Shown: one piece after another, positions 1 through 12,652 of the stretch
Position numbering within the stretch: position 1 is the first letter of the stretch
How the letters are laid out: every line of letters begins with the position of its first letter
Assembly: GCA_963787255.1 (NCBI GenBank)
Contig: CAWBCJ010000029.1
Location: 352,001 to 416,000, forward strand
From: Methanobacteriota archaeon
GTDB lineage: Archaea; Methanobacteriota; Methanobacteria; Methanobacteriales; Methanobacteriaceae
Reading direction: 5' to 3'
Length of the DNA: 64,000 nucleotides
The notes under the pieces: generated by a model
Databases searched by the model: none
Told to the model about the DNA's origin: nothing
The model's input: only the letters and a program-made list of their open reading frames with translations
Program-made: the position numbers and the translations under genes

Positions 1-102
1 GACTATTTTTCCAAAATTACTGTAGTGATAAATTAAAATTCCAAAATTATATTACAATTAATCAATAAAATATTAATAAATAATGTTTTTGGAGTGTGAA
101 AA

Positions 103-324
103 ATGCATTTAATTTTACAAAAAGGAAATAAAGGAAAAGATGTAAAAAAAATACAGCACTGGTTAAATACTCACGGCTACAAAGCCGGAGAAGAAGACGG
201 CGTATTTGGAGAAAAAACTCGTGAAGCCGTAATACAATTCCAAAGCGCTAAAAAAATAAAAACTGACGGCATAGCAGGTTCCCAAACCCAGATAACAATG
301 GAAAGAATGGATAAGGAAAGTTAA
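103..324 (+). CDS. Stand-alone peptidoglycan-binding domain protein (PG_binding_1-like), 73 aa
   Basis: LQKGNKGKDVKKIQHWL...GY..DGVFGEKTREAVIQFQ....KTDGIAG is the classic PGBD pattern; GGAG upstream. Confidence 0.8.
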   Translation: MHLILQKGNKGKDVKKIQHWLNTHGYKAGEEDGVFGEKTREAVIQFQSAKKIKTDGIAGSQTQITMERMDKES

Positions 325-563
325 TTTAAAAAATATATTATCTTTTTTTAATAATTTTTTCAAAATTGAAAAGGTTTCTATAAATTAACGGCTTAATATA
401 GACTAAAATATGTCATTTTAATGAGTTTAATAAAAAATTAAATCTAAAAAATAAATAAATATATATTTTAAAACTTATAAAAAAAAACTAAAAATAAATT
501 AATTCGGTATAATCTTATTCTTCTCGCTAGTTTCAAAAAAAAACCTTAAAAGAATGAAAAAAT

Positions 564-2400
564 TTAGAAGTTAACCCTTTTAGTTAATTTTAGTGGTAAT
601 GGTAGCTGCCTGAAAGGCATAGCATCTACATCATCTTTAATTTTGATGATTAACTCTTTTTTATTCATTAAAACTTTTTCATTGGTTTCACGAACATTTA
701 CAGTTAATTTATCGCTTTCAAGTTCGTTATCACCAATAACAATTGTATATGGTATCCATTCTTTTCCAGCATTCCTTATTTTTTTACCCACTGTTTCAGG
801 GCGTTCATCTACATCAACTCTAATGTTATTTTCTTTTAGTGTCTTAGCTAATTCCATTGCTTTTTCTATATGTCTTTCTGCAATAGTAATAATTCTTACC
901 TGAGTTGGTGAAAGCCATACAGGTAACATTATTGGTTTTTTCGGGTTTTCTTTAAGTTCAATAGCAGTTTTTTCAAGTAAACTGCCTATAACACGTTCTA
1001 TACTTCCTGTTGGGCTGCAGTGAATAATTATAGGATATTCTTCCTCTTCCTTTTCATTAATGTAAGTTATATCAAATCTTTCGGCACTTTCAACGTCTAT
1101 TTGAATTGTAGGGTTTTCTATAGGTCTTCCAAGGTAATCAATGGCTGCAAAGTCCATTTTAGCAATCCAGTAATGCTTACGTCTTGGTAGGATTTCAAGT
1201 AGTACTGGTTTTCCCATTTTTTCTGCTGCACTATACACCCATTCTTTATTCTCTTCAAAAAAGTCTGCTGTTGCCCTGAAAATAGCCTCATAGTTTACAT
1301 TAATGTCTTTTCCAGTTTGCATACACATTGTAATTTGTCTATCGAATTCTTCCATTGATTGAGGGATATCTGCACATACTGAATGGAAATCTGGCATTGT
1401 AAACCCTCGAAGCCTTTTAAGTCCTACTACTTCTCCTCTCTTTTCTAATCTAAAACTATAGGTCGAAAGTTCATAAACTCCAACTGGAAGATTTTTCCAG
1501 GTTAAAAATGAATCTGAAAGTAATCTAAAAGCTCCAAAACAGCACGCAAATCTTAACATGAGCTCTTTTTTAGTACCCATTCTATACTGTCTTTCTCCAA
1601 ATTTTTCAGCGTGTGTCCTTATGGCTTCATCAGCCAAGTCATACATTATTGGAGTTTCAATGGGCATTGCACCGTATTCAGTAACCAGATTGTAAACATA
1701 GTCGGATAGAAGATCACGAATTAGTCTTCCTTTAGGATACCAGCTTAAATGCCCAATATCAGCTGAAGGTTCATAATCAGCAAGGCTTTTTTCACGCATG
1801 AGTCTTACGTGAGGGGGTTCTTCTCCAGAGGACTCCAGTTTACCAAGCTCATACATTGCAAGCTTTCTTAAAGTCTTCATTTTCATATTTAAACTCATTC
1901 AGGTCGTAAAGTTCTCCTTTACTTAAAATGTACCATTTTGAAGGTTCTTCTTCAACTTTTTCTTCTTCTTTAGGTTTTAACAGTGATTGTTCTTGAAAGT
2001 TCGGATAATGGATGTCCTTTACATGAATATTTCAAATGATTTATACCATCCAAATGGAATTCTGGAAACTACTGACATCTTTTTCTTTCAATTTAGATTC
2101 TATATCCTTTAAAATCTTCTTTGCTGATTGAGGGGAACTTAAAGAAGAGCTTAAATGTGCATAAGGGTATATTATTACATTATCAGGTTTTACCTGACTT
2201 GAAACGTTGATTATTTCAGATACAGCACTTTCAACAATTTCAGAGGCATTTTGTTCATCTTCCTTTTCTACTGCTGTGAAGACTACTAAAGCATTTTCAA
2301 ATTCCCCGCCTTTCTTTTCTTCTCCAATTTCTTCGGCAATTTTTGTTTTTGATTTTGTTTTATACTTTAAATAATCAGAATGAATCAATAGTATTCGCAT
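564..2400 (-). CDS. thrS: Threonyl-tRNA synthetase (archaeal type with N-terminal editing domain); about 4 apparent single-base frameshifts at ~1872-2075
   Basis: [10 protein letters not shown] and YPYAHLSS editing domain; PFGWYK and [13 protein letters not shown] recovered in shifted frames; class II core ([27 protein letters not shown]) and anticodon-binding domain. Confidence 0.95.
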
Positions 2401-2596
2401 TTTCTCACCTGTGAATTTAAACAAGTTAAACTAACTGATTTAAAATATTAGAATTTTTTTTCATTAAAATAATTCTATATAATAATTACTCATAAAATTT
2501 TAAAGTTTGCACTATTTAAATTTTTATTCAAAAATTAAAAAATGAGAATTTTTGAATATAGGTATTTTTAAAGGCAAATTCTTTTAAAAAACGTTT

Positions 2597-3839
2597 TTAG
2601 ACAAAAAATATTGCTATTAATCCTACAGAGATTATAACAGCAAATATTGCACCTATTAAGTACCCAAATTTTCTTGTTCCGAAAAATAGTGCGATTAAAA
2701 ACTTTACAATTGTGTTTGAAATTGCAGCAAGTGTTATTGCAGTTACAGCAACGTCAGGAGAGATGGTATTCCTTGCAAGAATGGCCATACTTATGGTTAT
2801 AGCGTCTACATCAGCAACTCCAGATATTATACTTGTTATGTAAATTCCACTGCTTCCAAAATAAATATCGGCAATTTTAGACGCGAATAGAATAATTAAA
2901 AACAACAAACCAAATATTAGCGCTGGTTTAAGAGAAAAAGGGTTTTTAAGTTTAAGATCTTCGCCAACTTCCCTGATTTTAGTTGTTTTCCAAGCTAAAA
3001 GAGCCTAATGCAATTCCCACTACGCCCATACTGAGCATGGGAACTGTTAAAAGACTTATTAAGTTAGGATTTATAACTGCTACTTCAAATAGAACTCTTA
3101 AAAACATCATTGAGCTGGCAACCACTGTGGCAAAAACAGCTGCTCGTATTATAAAATCTGTTTCTCTAACCCTTGCTGCCATTGCTGTTGTAACTGCTGT
3201 ACTTGATACAAGACCACCAATGATTCCAGTTGCGCTTATTCCTCTTTCAGCACCTATAAATTTCATTAATATGTATCCTGCAAAACTTATTCCAGAGATG
3301 AACACTACTACTAACCAGATTTGGTAGGGATTAAAAACATTTAAAGGGCCAAATGTCTGGTCTGGAAGTAAAGGGAGTATTACAAAAGCAATTATAAGAA
3401 ATTTCAAAGTATTTATAATTTCTTTCTGGCTTATTTTCCTTGCAAATGTGTGCAGATATGGTTTAACAGCGAGTAATGTGGTTATTATTATTGCAAGGAT
3501 TGGAACAATCTGTAATCCTTCATCAGTGAAACATAGAGCGCCTAAAATAAATGTAAGAAGCGCCACTACCTCTGTAGTTATCCCAATGTCTCCTATTTCC
3601 CTTGTACTTGTCATGTAACTTAAACCTACCATTGCAGCAAGGCCTAAAAATGCTATAAGTATAAAATTAGGATAAAATGTAGATAAAAAAGCAGATGAAG
3701 TACCAAATACTGCAATAAGCATGAAAGTCCTTATTCCTGCAAATTCCTTTATTTTAGACTGTTTTCGCTCTCTTTCCGTACCAATTAATGCTCCTATGGC
3801 AAAAGAAATTAAAAATTTCAAAATTAAGCTAATTTCCAT
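2597..3839 (-). CDS. MgtC/SapB family membrane protein with DUF4010 domain; one apparent frameshift at ~3000
   Basis: GALIGTERE, AGIRTF, GITTE, GGLVSSTAVT, then NPFSLKPAL and SGVADVDAIT in the second frame. Confidence 0.85.
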
Positions 3840-4273
3840 AATAATATTTTTATTTTTCAAAACTTAAATATTTGAGCTAGCCCCAATGTAAAAGATATTT
3901 ATTGAAAAAGAAGTTACTAAGTATTCTTTAGTTTAATAAGGTATTAACTATCTATAAATCAAATAAAATCTCTTTTTTTACTAAATAAAAACAAAAAAAA
4001 TGTAAATTTTCCTCTTTCATCAAATTTTACATTTTTAAATTATAAAATTCACCGAATGTAATTATTCTCGTAGATGTTATATATTACTATGAAGAAATTA
4101 TTTTATACTATTAACTTTATTAAAACTACAAGAAACATTTATGAAAAGTTGTATTAAACGAAGATTAATCATTTTTTTAGTAAAAAATTAGGAACAATTT
4201 AGTTTTAGACTTAAAAAAATAGAACGATATTTTTAAAATATATTATAAAAGAAATTTTTAAACGGTGATCCCA

Positions 4274-5930
4274 ATGAGAAGTGATTCTATTAAAAAAGGC
4301 ATCCAGAGAGCTCCCCACAGATCCCTGCTTAGAGCATGTGGCGTAACCGATCAGGAAATGGACAAACCATTTATAGGAGTTGCTAACAGTTTTACAGACA
4401 TAGTTCCAGGCCATATCCATCTAAATGAAGTTTCAAATGCTGTTAAATTAGGAATAAGCCAGGCTGGTGGAGTGCCTTTTGAATTTAACACCATGGCCAT
4501 ATGTGATGGTATTGCCATGAACCATGATGGAATGCGTTATTCCCTGGCATCAAGAGAGATAATTGCTGATACTGTTGAAAGCATGGCTCAAGCCCATCAA
4601 TTTGATGCACTTGTATTAATTCCTACATGCGATAAAGTGGTTCCGGGAATGCTTATGGCAGCAGCAAGGCTTGATATACCTTCTATTTTTGTTACAGGCG
4701 GGCCAATGAAACCTGGTAAATTTAAAGGAGAATCTGTAGATTTAATTAGTGTTTATGAGGGAGTTGGGGCCGTTTCATCTGGAAAAATGACAATGGAAGA
4801 CTTAGAAGAGCTTGAAAGATGTGCATGTCCCGGCGCGGGCTCATGTGCGGGATTATTTACTGCAAACACCATGGCATGTATAACAGAGGCACTGGGAATG
4901 AGTTTACCATATTGTGCTACTGCGCATGCAGTAGATGCTAAAAAAATGAGAATTGCTAGGGAATCAGGTGCCAGAATTATAGATTTACTGGAGAAAAACT
5001 TAACTCCTTCAAAAATTATGACACAGTCTGCCTTTGAAAACGCAATTGCTGTTGATCTAGCTCTTGGAGGTTCTACTAATACTACTCTCCATATTCCCGC
5101 AATTGCAAGTGAGCTTGAAGATAAAGGAGTTAATATTGACTTAAGTTCCTTTGAAAAGTTTAGTAAAGAGATTCCTCACATAACCCTGTTAAGTCCTGCT
5201 GGAACTTACACTATGCTGGATTTAGACCGTGCAGGAGGATTACCTGCAGTTTTAAAAGTAATTGAATCTAAAATAAATTCAGATGTCATGACGTGCACTG
5301 GAAAATCCCTTAAAGAAAATATTAAAGACGCTGAAGTTAAAGATAATGATATTATTCGGCCATTGGATAATCCTATACATGAAGAAGGTGGAATTGCAAT
5401 TTTGAAAGGTAATATCGCTCCACGTGGCTCTGTTGTTAAACAAGGTGCAGTTGATGAGGATATGATGGTTCATGAAGGGCCTGCAAGGGTATTTGATAGT
5501 GAAGATGAATGTGTTGACGCAGTCTTCAATAATGAGATCAGAAGAAGGGGATGTAGTTGTAATAAGATATGAGGGACCCAAAGGAGGTCCTGGAATGCGT
5601 GAAATGTTAAACCCAACGTCTGCAATATCTGGAATGGGAATTAAATCCGTTGCGCTTATAACCGACGGAAGGTTCTCTGGCGGTACACGAGGGCCCTGCA
5701 TAGGACATGTATCTCCAGAAGCTATGGCTGGAGGACCTATAGCTGCATTAAAAGATGGGGATATTATTAAAATTGATATGAAAGCCAGGAAACTTGATGT
5801 TGAGCTAGACGAAGCTGAAATTAAAAAGAGACTTGAAGATGTAAAAATGCCTGATAAAAAAGTTAAGGGTTGGCTTTCTAGGTACAGGAAACTTGCTAGT
5901 TCTGCAGATAAAGGAGCCATTTTAAGATAA
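4274..5930 (+). CDS. ilvD: Dihydroxy-acid dehydratase; one apparent extra base at ~5540
   Basis: [30 protein letters not shown]; second frame has [16 protein letters not shown] and [10 protein letters not shown]. Confidence 0.95.
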
Positions 5931-5991
5931 ATTAAGTAAAATATAATACTTTTAAAGTATAAATAAATAATCAAATGCCCTAGGTGAAAAA

Positions 5992-6387
5992 GTGGAAATC
6001 AAAGAGATAGCAACATACATTATTATAATAATTATTGGGATAATAGTGGCGCAGCACATGAATGTTGTTGTATCCGGAAGTATGGAACCTGTTCTTTATA
6101 GGGGAGATATCGTAGTAATTGATAATAATCCCAGCACAGTTCAAGTTGGAGATATAATTGTTTATCAAGCCACTTGGTTCCCACAGCCCGTTATTCACAG
6201 AGTCATAGATAAAGGACAACTGCAAAATGGAACTACAGCCTATAAGACGAAAGGAGATAACAATCCCTCGTCTGATCCCGCTCTAGTATATCAAAATCAG
6301 GTTATTTCCAAGGTCGTGTCCATAAATAGCATGCCGCTTGTAATACCTAAAATTGGCTACGTGACCCTGTGGATAAGAGGATTGTAA
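5992..6387 (+). CDS. sec11: Signal peptidase I (archaeal Sec11/S26B type)
   Basis: N-terminal TM segment, [24 protein letters not shown]. Confidence 0.92.
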   Translation: MEIKEIATYIIIIIIGIIVAQHMNVVVSGSMEPVLYRGDIVVIDNNPSTVQVGDIIVYQATWFPQPVIHRVIDKGQLQNGTTAYKTKGDNNPSSDPALVYQNQVISKVVSINSMPLVIPKIGYVTLWIRGL

Positions 6388-6393
6388 ATGAAT

Positions 6394-6418
6394 GAGAGAG
6401 TACTCTCTCTTACTTTTC
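6394..6418 (+). terminator. Probable terminator hairpin after the signal peptidase gene
   Basis: Perfect 16-bp palindrome GAGAGAGTACTCTCTC followed by a T-rich tract, 6 nt after the stop codon. Confidence 0.5.
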
Positions 6419-6546
6419 TATAAATAATTTAAAAATATTTAAATTAAGTATCTTTAAACCTTTAATTAATACTGATTTACCTATTTGATGGATATTTTTT
6501 ATTCAAGTTTATTATAAAGTTATAAGAATTAATAATGGTGAATTTT

Positions 6547-8232
6547 ATGTACAGAATTCTAGAAAAAGAAGCAGTTAAATCGCTAGAAAATGCAATTAAA
6601 TCCAAGGGTTATGAAATTCCTGATGAAATTAAGGTTGAAGAACCTCCAAATTCCAATATGGGTGATCTTGCATCAACGGTGGCCTTTCAACTTGCAAAAG
6701 TGGCAAAAAAGCCGCCTGTAGAAATAGCAAAGGATATTTTAAGTATTATAGAGGTTTCTGAAATTTTTAAATCTGTTGAAATGAAAGGTCCTTACATTAA
6801 TTTCTTTATAAATTATGACATTTTTTCAAAACAGGTTTTAGAAAGTATTAACGAAGATTATGGAAAATTAGAACCTAAAAATAAAAAGGTGATCCTTGAA
6901 CATACTTCAGCAAACCCTAACGGCCCTTTACACATTGGTCACATACGTAATTCTGTTATAGGAGATTCACTAGCACGAGTCTTAAAGTCGGCAGGCTACG
7001 ATGTTGAAACCCAGTATTACGTTAACGATATGGGTCGGCAAATCGCCATAATTGCATGGGGACTCCTTAATTTTGATTACAAAATAGAAGAGAAAGAAAA
7101 GGTGGACCACGAGATTGGTAAGATATATTTTCAGATAAATGAAAAATTAAGGGCTGATGAAAGTCTTAAAGTTAAAGTTAGCGAACTTTTAAAAATATAT
7201 GAAAGTGGGACCGATAAAAAGCTTGAGGATACCTTCCATGAAATTGTCAGCAAGTGCTTAGAAGGAATAAATGTCACTACTGCACGTCTTAATATTTTCC
7301 ACGATGATTATGTGTGGGAAAGCAAATTTGTTAAAGATGGTGATGTCCAAAAGATTTTAGAAGATCTTAAAGATTACACTAAAAGAAATGAAGTGTTATA
7401 TCTACCTCTTGAAGATTACGGCATTGAAAAGGAACTTATACTTACAAGATCCGATGGAACATCCCTTTATTCTACAAGAGACATTGCATATCACCTTGAA
7501 AAATCAGAAAATTCAGATGAAGTAGTGGATGTGCTTGGATCCGATCACAAGTTGGCCATAGACCAGTTGAGCATAGTTTTAGATTTATTGGGGAATAAAC
7601 GTCCTGACGTTATATTTTACGAGTTTATAACTCTTCCTGAAGGCTCTATGTCCACCAGAAGAGGGGTTTTCATTTCTGTAGATGATCTAATTGAAGAAGC
7701 CGTGGCCCGTGCTCTTGATGAACTTAAAAAAAGAAGAGAAGACCTGGACGATACATTAGCTCTAGAAATTGCAGAAAACATTGGTATTGGTGCTATAAGG
7801 TATTTTATCGCCAAATTATCCCCTGAAAAACATATAGTGTTTAAATGGGACGATGCACTTAGTTTTGAAAGGGGTTGTGCTTCCATTCAATATGCTCATG
7901 CGCGTGCCTGTAAATTACTGGAAAAAGCAGGGTTTAAATCTGAAAGTATTGATTTAAATGATTCTAAAATGGATCAATCATTTGAAATTGAGCTTATTAA
8001 GCTGCTTTCAAAATTTACCACAGTAATTGAAGAATCCGCCAGAATAAACAGGGTTCATCCTATTGCACAATATGCAATGGATCTTGCAGGTGCTTTTAAC
8101 CGTTTTTATAAGTCTGTTCCAGTTATAGGTGCTGATGAAGAATACACACGGCTATTAATTGTGGATAAATCAAGGATAACTATTAGAAATTGCTTAAAGT
8201 TGCTGGGAATTAATGCTCCAGTTTCCATGTAG
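6547..8232 (+). CDS. argS: Arginyl-tRNA synthetase
   Basis: [18 protein letters not shown] (HIGH), MSTRRG, YAHARAC; GGTGA RBS before the ATG at 6547. Confidence 0.97.
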   Translation: MYRILEKEAVKSLENAIKSKGYEIPDEIKVEEPPNSNMGDLASTVAFQLAKVAKKPPVEIAKDILSIIEVSEIFKSVEMKGPYINFFINYDIFSKQVLESINEDYGKLEPKNKKVILEHTSANPNGPLHIGHIRNSVIGDSLARVLKSAGYDVETQYYVNDMGRQIAIIAWGLLNFDYKIEEKEKVDHEIGKIYFQINEKLRADESLKVKVSELLKIYESGTDKKLEDTFHEIVSKCLEGINVTTARLNIFHDDYVWESKFVKDGDVQKILEDLKDYTKRNEVLYLPLEDYGIEKELILTRSDGTSLYSTRDIAYHLEKSENSDEVVDVLGSDHKLAIDQLSIVLDLLGNKRPDVIFYEFITLPEGSMSTRRGVFISVDDLIEEAVARALDELKKRREDLDDTLALEIAENIGIGAIRYFIAKLSPEKHIVFKWDDALSFERGCASIQYAHARACKLLEKAGFKSESIDLNDSKMDQSFEIELIKLLSKFTTVIEESARINRVHPIAQYAMDLAGAFNRFYKSVPVIGADEEYTRLLIVDKSRITIRNCLKLLGINAPVSM

Positions 8233-8328
8233 CTACTTTTTTTTATTTTATGCCATTAGTTTCATTTAAAAATAAAATGCGGTACTCACTTATATTAAAA
8301 AATTATAGAAAAGAGTAAAATACTGAAG

Positions 8329-8889
8329 TTATTGCCCAATGCACTTTGCTGAATACGCAATAAACTTATTAATGACCTCTTCATGGTTATCAAATAATTT
8401 TCCACGCTTCTTATCAGAAATTGTAAAATACAAGAAGGTAACTATGTTAAAGGCCAAAATTTCGAAATCAATATCATCGCTTTTGAATATTTCCTGACTT
8501 TCAATATATTGCCCCAGCTCTTTTATAAGATAACTGTTTATATCTCCACTTTTTGATGGTTCAGGACCTTCATGTATTGAGATGACAATGTATTCAAAGT
8601 TATTTTCTATTAAACTGGAAATATTTTCGATTAAGTTTTTAAGGAACTCCTCTGCAGTTTTATACTGTTTGTCAGATAAAATTAACTGAAATTCTTTAAG
8701 TATCTTTTCATGATTTTTCTCCATGACCATATCATAAAGATTTTTCTTGGTTTTGAATTTTCTAAACAACGTCATTTCGCTAAATCCAGCTTCTTCAGCT
8801 ATAACCTTAGTCTTAGCACCTGCGTATCCTTTTCTAGCGAATATTCTCAATGCCGTGTCCATGATTTTTTTTTCAGTTTTTTTTGTCAT
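8329..8889 (-). CDS. TetR/AcrR family transcriptional regulator
   Basis: KIMDTALRIFARKGYAGAKTKVIAEEAGFSEMTLFRKFKTKKNL HTH. Confidence 0.9.
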   Translation of the reverse strand: MTKKTEKKIMDTALRIFARKGYAGAKTKVIAEEAGFSEMTLFRKFKTKKNLYDMVMEKNHEKILKEFQLILSDKQYKTAEEFLKNLIENISSLIENNFEYIVISIHEGPEPSKSGDINSYLIKELGQYIESQEIFKSDDIDFEILAFNIVTFLYFTISDKKRGKLFDNHEEVINKFIAYSAKCIGQ

Positions 8890-9080
8890 TTATTTCAGCC
8901 TTAAAGGTTATTTAATGGTTAAGTGTTAATTATTCAAATTCTTAATTCTTTAATTTAAAAAAGAATGAGCTTGTAAACTAATTGATATTACTATGTAATA
9001 TATTTTATAGTACATATTAGTATCTTAATTTAAATCCAATAGAATAGCTGAATTTAAACTTTAAGCTGGAATAAATCAAC

Positions 9081-9629
9081 CTATAATTGCAGGCACATAG
9101 TGGAATAACTTATAAATTTTTCAATTGCCTCTTCATGATTAACAAAAGTACGTCCCTGGCGTTTATCTAAAATAATTAAGTATATAAATGATAGAAGATT
9201 AAAAACAAAAACCTTTGAATCCACTTTACTATCAGGGAAAATGTCCTCTATAATCCTTGTAAGATACTCCATGAGCTCAGCGATAATATCTCCGGATATG
9301 CTCTGTCTTTCTAAAATAATAATACTTATAAATTCAAAATTATCCTCAGTTAGATTTAAAAGAAGTTTAATCATGGTCTTAAAAAAATCATCAGGATTTT
9401 CAATTTTACTATCAGTTATGATTGAATTAAAATCTTTAACTACTTCCTCATGATTTTTCTTTAAAACCTGGTTAAAAAGATTTCTTTTAGTTTCAAATCT
9501 TCTAAATAGTGTCATTTCACTTAAACCAGATCTTTCAGCAATAACTTTTGTTTTAGCACCTGCATATCCCTTTTCTGCAAACTCTTTTAATGCAGCATCC
9601 ATGATTTTTTCTTTAGTTCCATGAGCCAT
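9081..9629 (-). CDS. TetR/AcrR family transcriptional regulator (tandem paralog)
   Basis: KIMDAALKEFAEKGYAGAKTKVIAERSGLSEMTLFRRFETKRNL; similar to the neighbour along its full length. Confidence 0.9.
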   Translation of the reverse strand: MAHGTKEKIMDAALKEFAEKGYAGAKTKVIAERSGLSEMTLFRRFETKRNLFNQVLKKNHEEVVKDFNSIITDSKIENPDDFFKTMIKLLLNLTEDNFEFISIIILERQSISGDIIAELMEYLTRIIEDIFPDSKVDSKVFVFNLLSFIYLIILDKRQGRTFVNHEEAIEKFISYSTMCLQL

Positions 9630-9666
9630 GATACACTTTTATTCATAAATAATTATTTAAGGATTT

Positions 9667-9699
9667 CGTTATTTTATTTAAATTAGATATAAAATAACG
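9667..9699. promoter_or_regulatory. Inverted repeat upstream of TetR, candidate operator
   Basis: CGTTATTTTAT-N11-ATAAAATAACG, 38-70 nt upstream of the 9629 start. Confidence 0.45.
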
Positions 9700-9835
9700 C
9701 TGAAAATTGATTATAAGCTTGTAAAATTTGATAAATTGTTAGAAGTAATATAAAACCTAAAAATACGGATCAATGCACATGGTAATAAAAACAATGAAGT
9801 TATAAAGTAGTTTTTGAAACTATAAAATTAATTAT

Positions 9836-10735
9836 TCAAAGAAGCTTGTATAAAACCGCTTTTTGTGCGTGCAGTCTGTTTTCTGCCTGATCCCATATTG
9901 CTGATTGCTTTGAATTAATCATTTCTGCAGTTATTTCCTGTCCCCTGATAGCTGGTAAACAGTGCATTATAATAGCATCATCATCTGCCTTTTTCATGAG
10001 GTTTTCATTCACCTGATAGGCAGCAAAATCCTTTATTCGTTTTGAAGCTTCGTTTTCATCACCCATGCTGATCCACACATCAGTATAAATAACTTGGGCG
10101 CCTTCAACACCTTCTTCAACATCATTTATTATTTTAAGCTCTGCTTCAGTTCCTTTAGCGTATTCTTTTGCCTTTTTGAATATTTCAGCATCCGGTTCGT
10201 AGCCTGGAGGGCATACAACATTCATATCCATACCCACAAAGGCTGAAGCGAGAAGAAGTGAATTACAGACGTTATTTCCATCCCCAACAAAAGCTAATGT
10301 AACATCAAAACTTTTTTTCCTTTCCTTTATGGTTAAAAGGTCAGCGAATGCCTGGCAGGGGTGTTCTAAGTTTGTAAGTCCGTTAATTACTGGTACATCG
10401 GAGTAACTTGAAAATTCTAAAACATCTTGGTGTTCCTTGGCCCTGATCATAACGCCGTCTACATAGCGGCTCATTGCTTTTGCAGTATCTTCTATTATTT
10501 CACCGCGGCCAAGCTGAAGGTCATCTCTCGATAGATAAAGCGCGTTTCCTCCAAGCTGGTACATCCCCACTTCAAAAGAGATTCTTGTTCTTGTTGATGC
10601 CTTTTCAAAGATCATTGCCAGAGCTTTTTTAGCTAAAGGCTCTCCAGGGATTTCCTGCTTTTTAAATTTCTCTGCAAGATCCAGTATTTCATTGATATGA
10701 TCCCTGGCATCTTCCATTGATAAAAGATGTTTCAT
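9836..10735 (-). CDS. argF: Ornithine carbamoyltransferase
   Basis: [30 protein letters not shown]. Confidence 0.97.
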   Translation of the reverse strand: MKHLLSMEDARDHINEILDLAEKFKKQEIPGEPLAKKALAMIFEKASTRTRISFEVGMYQLGGNALYLSRDDLQLGRGEIIEDTAKAMSRYVDGVMIRAKEHQDVLEFSSYSDVPVINGLTNLEHPCQAFADLLTIKERKKSFDVTLAFVGDGNNVCNSLLLASAFVGMDMNVVCPPGYEPDAEIFKKAKEYAKGTEAELKIINDVEEGVEGAQVIYTDVWISMGDENEASKRIKDFAAYQVNENLMKKADDDAIIMHCLPAIRGQEITAEMINSKQSAIWDQAENRLHAQKAVLYKLL

Positions 10736-10822
10736 AATTTCACTCCAAAATTTATTAGTAAAAAAAAGATTATTTAAAACATACTATATCTATTTTTCCA
10801 TAAATTTTAATAAATAGTTCTT

Positions 10823-10948
10823 TCATTTATTCTTAATGAGCTGGTCAATACGTTGAATTCCTGCCCATATTTTCCCTTTAGAACCATTAATTTCTCCACA
10901 TTTTTCTTCAAGCTGAAGATTTTCATAGTTTAATAAGTTTATTCTCAA
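10823..10948 (-). CDS. Possible 41-aa small protein between purD and argF (below the ORF-track cutoff)
   Basis: TTG start preceded by AAGGAAG; MRINLLNYENLQLEEKCGEINGSKGKIWAGIQRIDQLIKNK*. Confidence 0.3.
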   Translation of the reverse strand: MRINLLNYENLQLEEKCGEINGSKGKIWAGIQRIDQLIKNK

Positions 10949-11021
10949 TTTCTTCCTTATTTTTTTATTTGTTAATAAATGGATTCTAATTCACTCATCT
11001 TTACAAGTTTAAGGACGAATT

Positions 11022-12332
11022 TTATTTTTTAAGTTCTTCCATGTGATTTATCCTTTTCTGTATAAGATCATAGGTTCCAACGTCTCTTCGGTGATATATA
11101 TCGCCTTTTACATATTTTGTAGCATTTTCACAGATTTTTTCAGCTTCTTCAATTGTTTCACCCACAGAAACAACTCCCAAAGCTCTTGAAGAGGACGAAT
11201 ACACTCTTCCCTCCTTTTCATTAACAGCAGCGTAGTAAACCTGTGCTCCTGCCTCGTTTATCTTCTTTTCATCAACATTAATAACCTGATTTGGGATAGC
11301 CTTTCCAGGATAACCATTAGGTACTATATACTTGCAAACAGTAGCCTTATTCTCGAATTTAGCCCCTTTAAGGTTTCCATCAACAATTCCCTGGCAAATA
11401 TCCACGAAATTTGTCTCCAGAAGTTCTAAAACGTTCATAGCCTCCGGATCTCCAAATCTTGCGTTGTATTCAATGAGTTTTGGTCCGTCCCGGCACAGCA
11501 TGAACTGCCCATATAAAAATCCCCTGTAAGGCCCAACTTCTTTATTTATGGCTTTAACTGTGTCTCCCATTATTTTAACGGACTTATCGTAACTGCTTTG
11601 ATCTAAAAATGGTAATAATCCCCCTTTATCAGAGTAAGATCCCATTCCCCCAGTAATAGGTCCTTCGTCGCCTTCAAAAGCGTATGGATGATCCTGAACA
11701 GCAGGCATAGGTGCAATGTTTTTACCATCAACAAATGCCTGAACAGTGAATTCTTCTCCAATAGCCCTCTCTTCAATAACAACTTTTGCATGTCCGCCCA
11801 TTTTAGTGTCTATTACTTCTTTAGAGTAATTTTTAGCTTCTTCAGCGTCCTTTAATTGCTCTCCCATAATTTTAACGCCTTTTCCACCAGTTAAACCCAC
11901 AGGCTTAATTACAACGTCCTTTCTAAAATCATCAATAAAATCACTGATATCATTATAGTTATCAAACACTTTATAAACAAGAGAACCGTCTATTTTGTAG
12001 TTTTCAAAGAGATTTCTCATGAAAACTTTATCTGTTTCGATTTTAGCAGCTTCTCTAGTAGGTCCAACACATCCTATGCCCAATTCTTCCAATGCATCTA
12101 CAATACCTTTTTCAAGAGGTGCTTCTGGCCCAATTACAGCTATATTAATATTATTGTCTGTTGCAAACTTCTTTACTGCTTCAATATCATTTTCATCTGA
12201 AATCTGGTATTTAGATATTCTGGCTATTCCTGGATTTTTATTGCTCATAATGGAATACAATTTGGCCTTTCCTTTTATTGCATTACAAATAGCGTGTTCC
12301 CTTGCCCCTGTTCCTACTACAAGTATTTTCAT
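11022..12332 (-). CDS. purD: Phosphoribosylamine-glycine ligase
   Basis: [44 protein letters not shown]; GAGGAG RBS. Confidence 0.97.
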   Translation of the reverse strand: MKILVVGTGAREHAICNAIKGKAKLYSIMSNKNPGIARISKYQISDENDIEAVKKFATDNNINIAVIGPEAPLEKGIVDALEELGIGCVGPTREAAKIETDKVFMRNLFENYKIDGSLVYKVFDNYNDISDFIDDFRKDVVIKPVGLTGGKGVKIMGEQLKDAEEAKNYSKEVIDTKMGGHAKVVIEERAIGEEFTVQAFVDGKNIAPMPAVQDHPYAFEGDEGPITGGMGSYSDKGGLLPFLDQSSYDKSVKIMGDTVKAINKEVGPYRGFLYGQFMLCRDGPKLIEYNARFGDPEAMNVLELLETNFVDICQGIVDGNLKGAKFENKATVCKYIVPNGYPGKAIPNQVINVDEKKINEAGAQVYYAAVNEKEGRVYSSSSRALGVVSVGETIEEAEKICENATKYVKGDIYHRRDVGTYDLIQKRINHMEELKK

Positions 12333-12652
12333 GGAAAAATCTCCTCTTTTTTTCTTTAAATATAATTTCAATATTAAAATAATTCTCCTTATTTTATAAA
12401 ATATCGTATGTAGATTAAATAATTTAAATTCTATTTTTAATTTAAGTAAAATAATGGATAGTTTCAATAAATTTTAATCATTAAATTATACGTCGATTAG
12501 TTTTTTTGATCAAGTTCAAATTTTTTTTATCTAACTATATAACTTAAATAATCCCAACATAGATATGTAAATATATTCAAATAGATTTATTCTCTAGATT
12601 ATATATTTAGAGTCTAATTTATAAAATAAATAAGCAAAACTAAGGTGTTTTT

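Noticed and set aside
564-2400. Naturally split ThrRS (separate editing and catalytic genes, as in some Crenarchaeota)
   Set aside because: The breaks fall inside conserved editing-domain motifs, and the intact linker is recoverable by removing single bases; this fits sequencing error
5530-5550. Programmed frameshift in ilvD
   Set aside because: No slippery heptamer or stimulatory structure; one extra base explains it, and similar errors occur elsewhere
5279-5974. 231-aa minus-strand ORF and the many other short antisense ORFs in the track
   Set aside because: They are shadows of well-supported genes on the opposite strand, with no motifs or RBS
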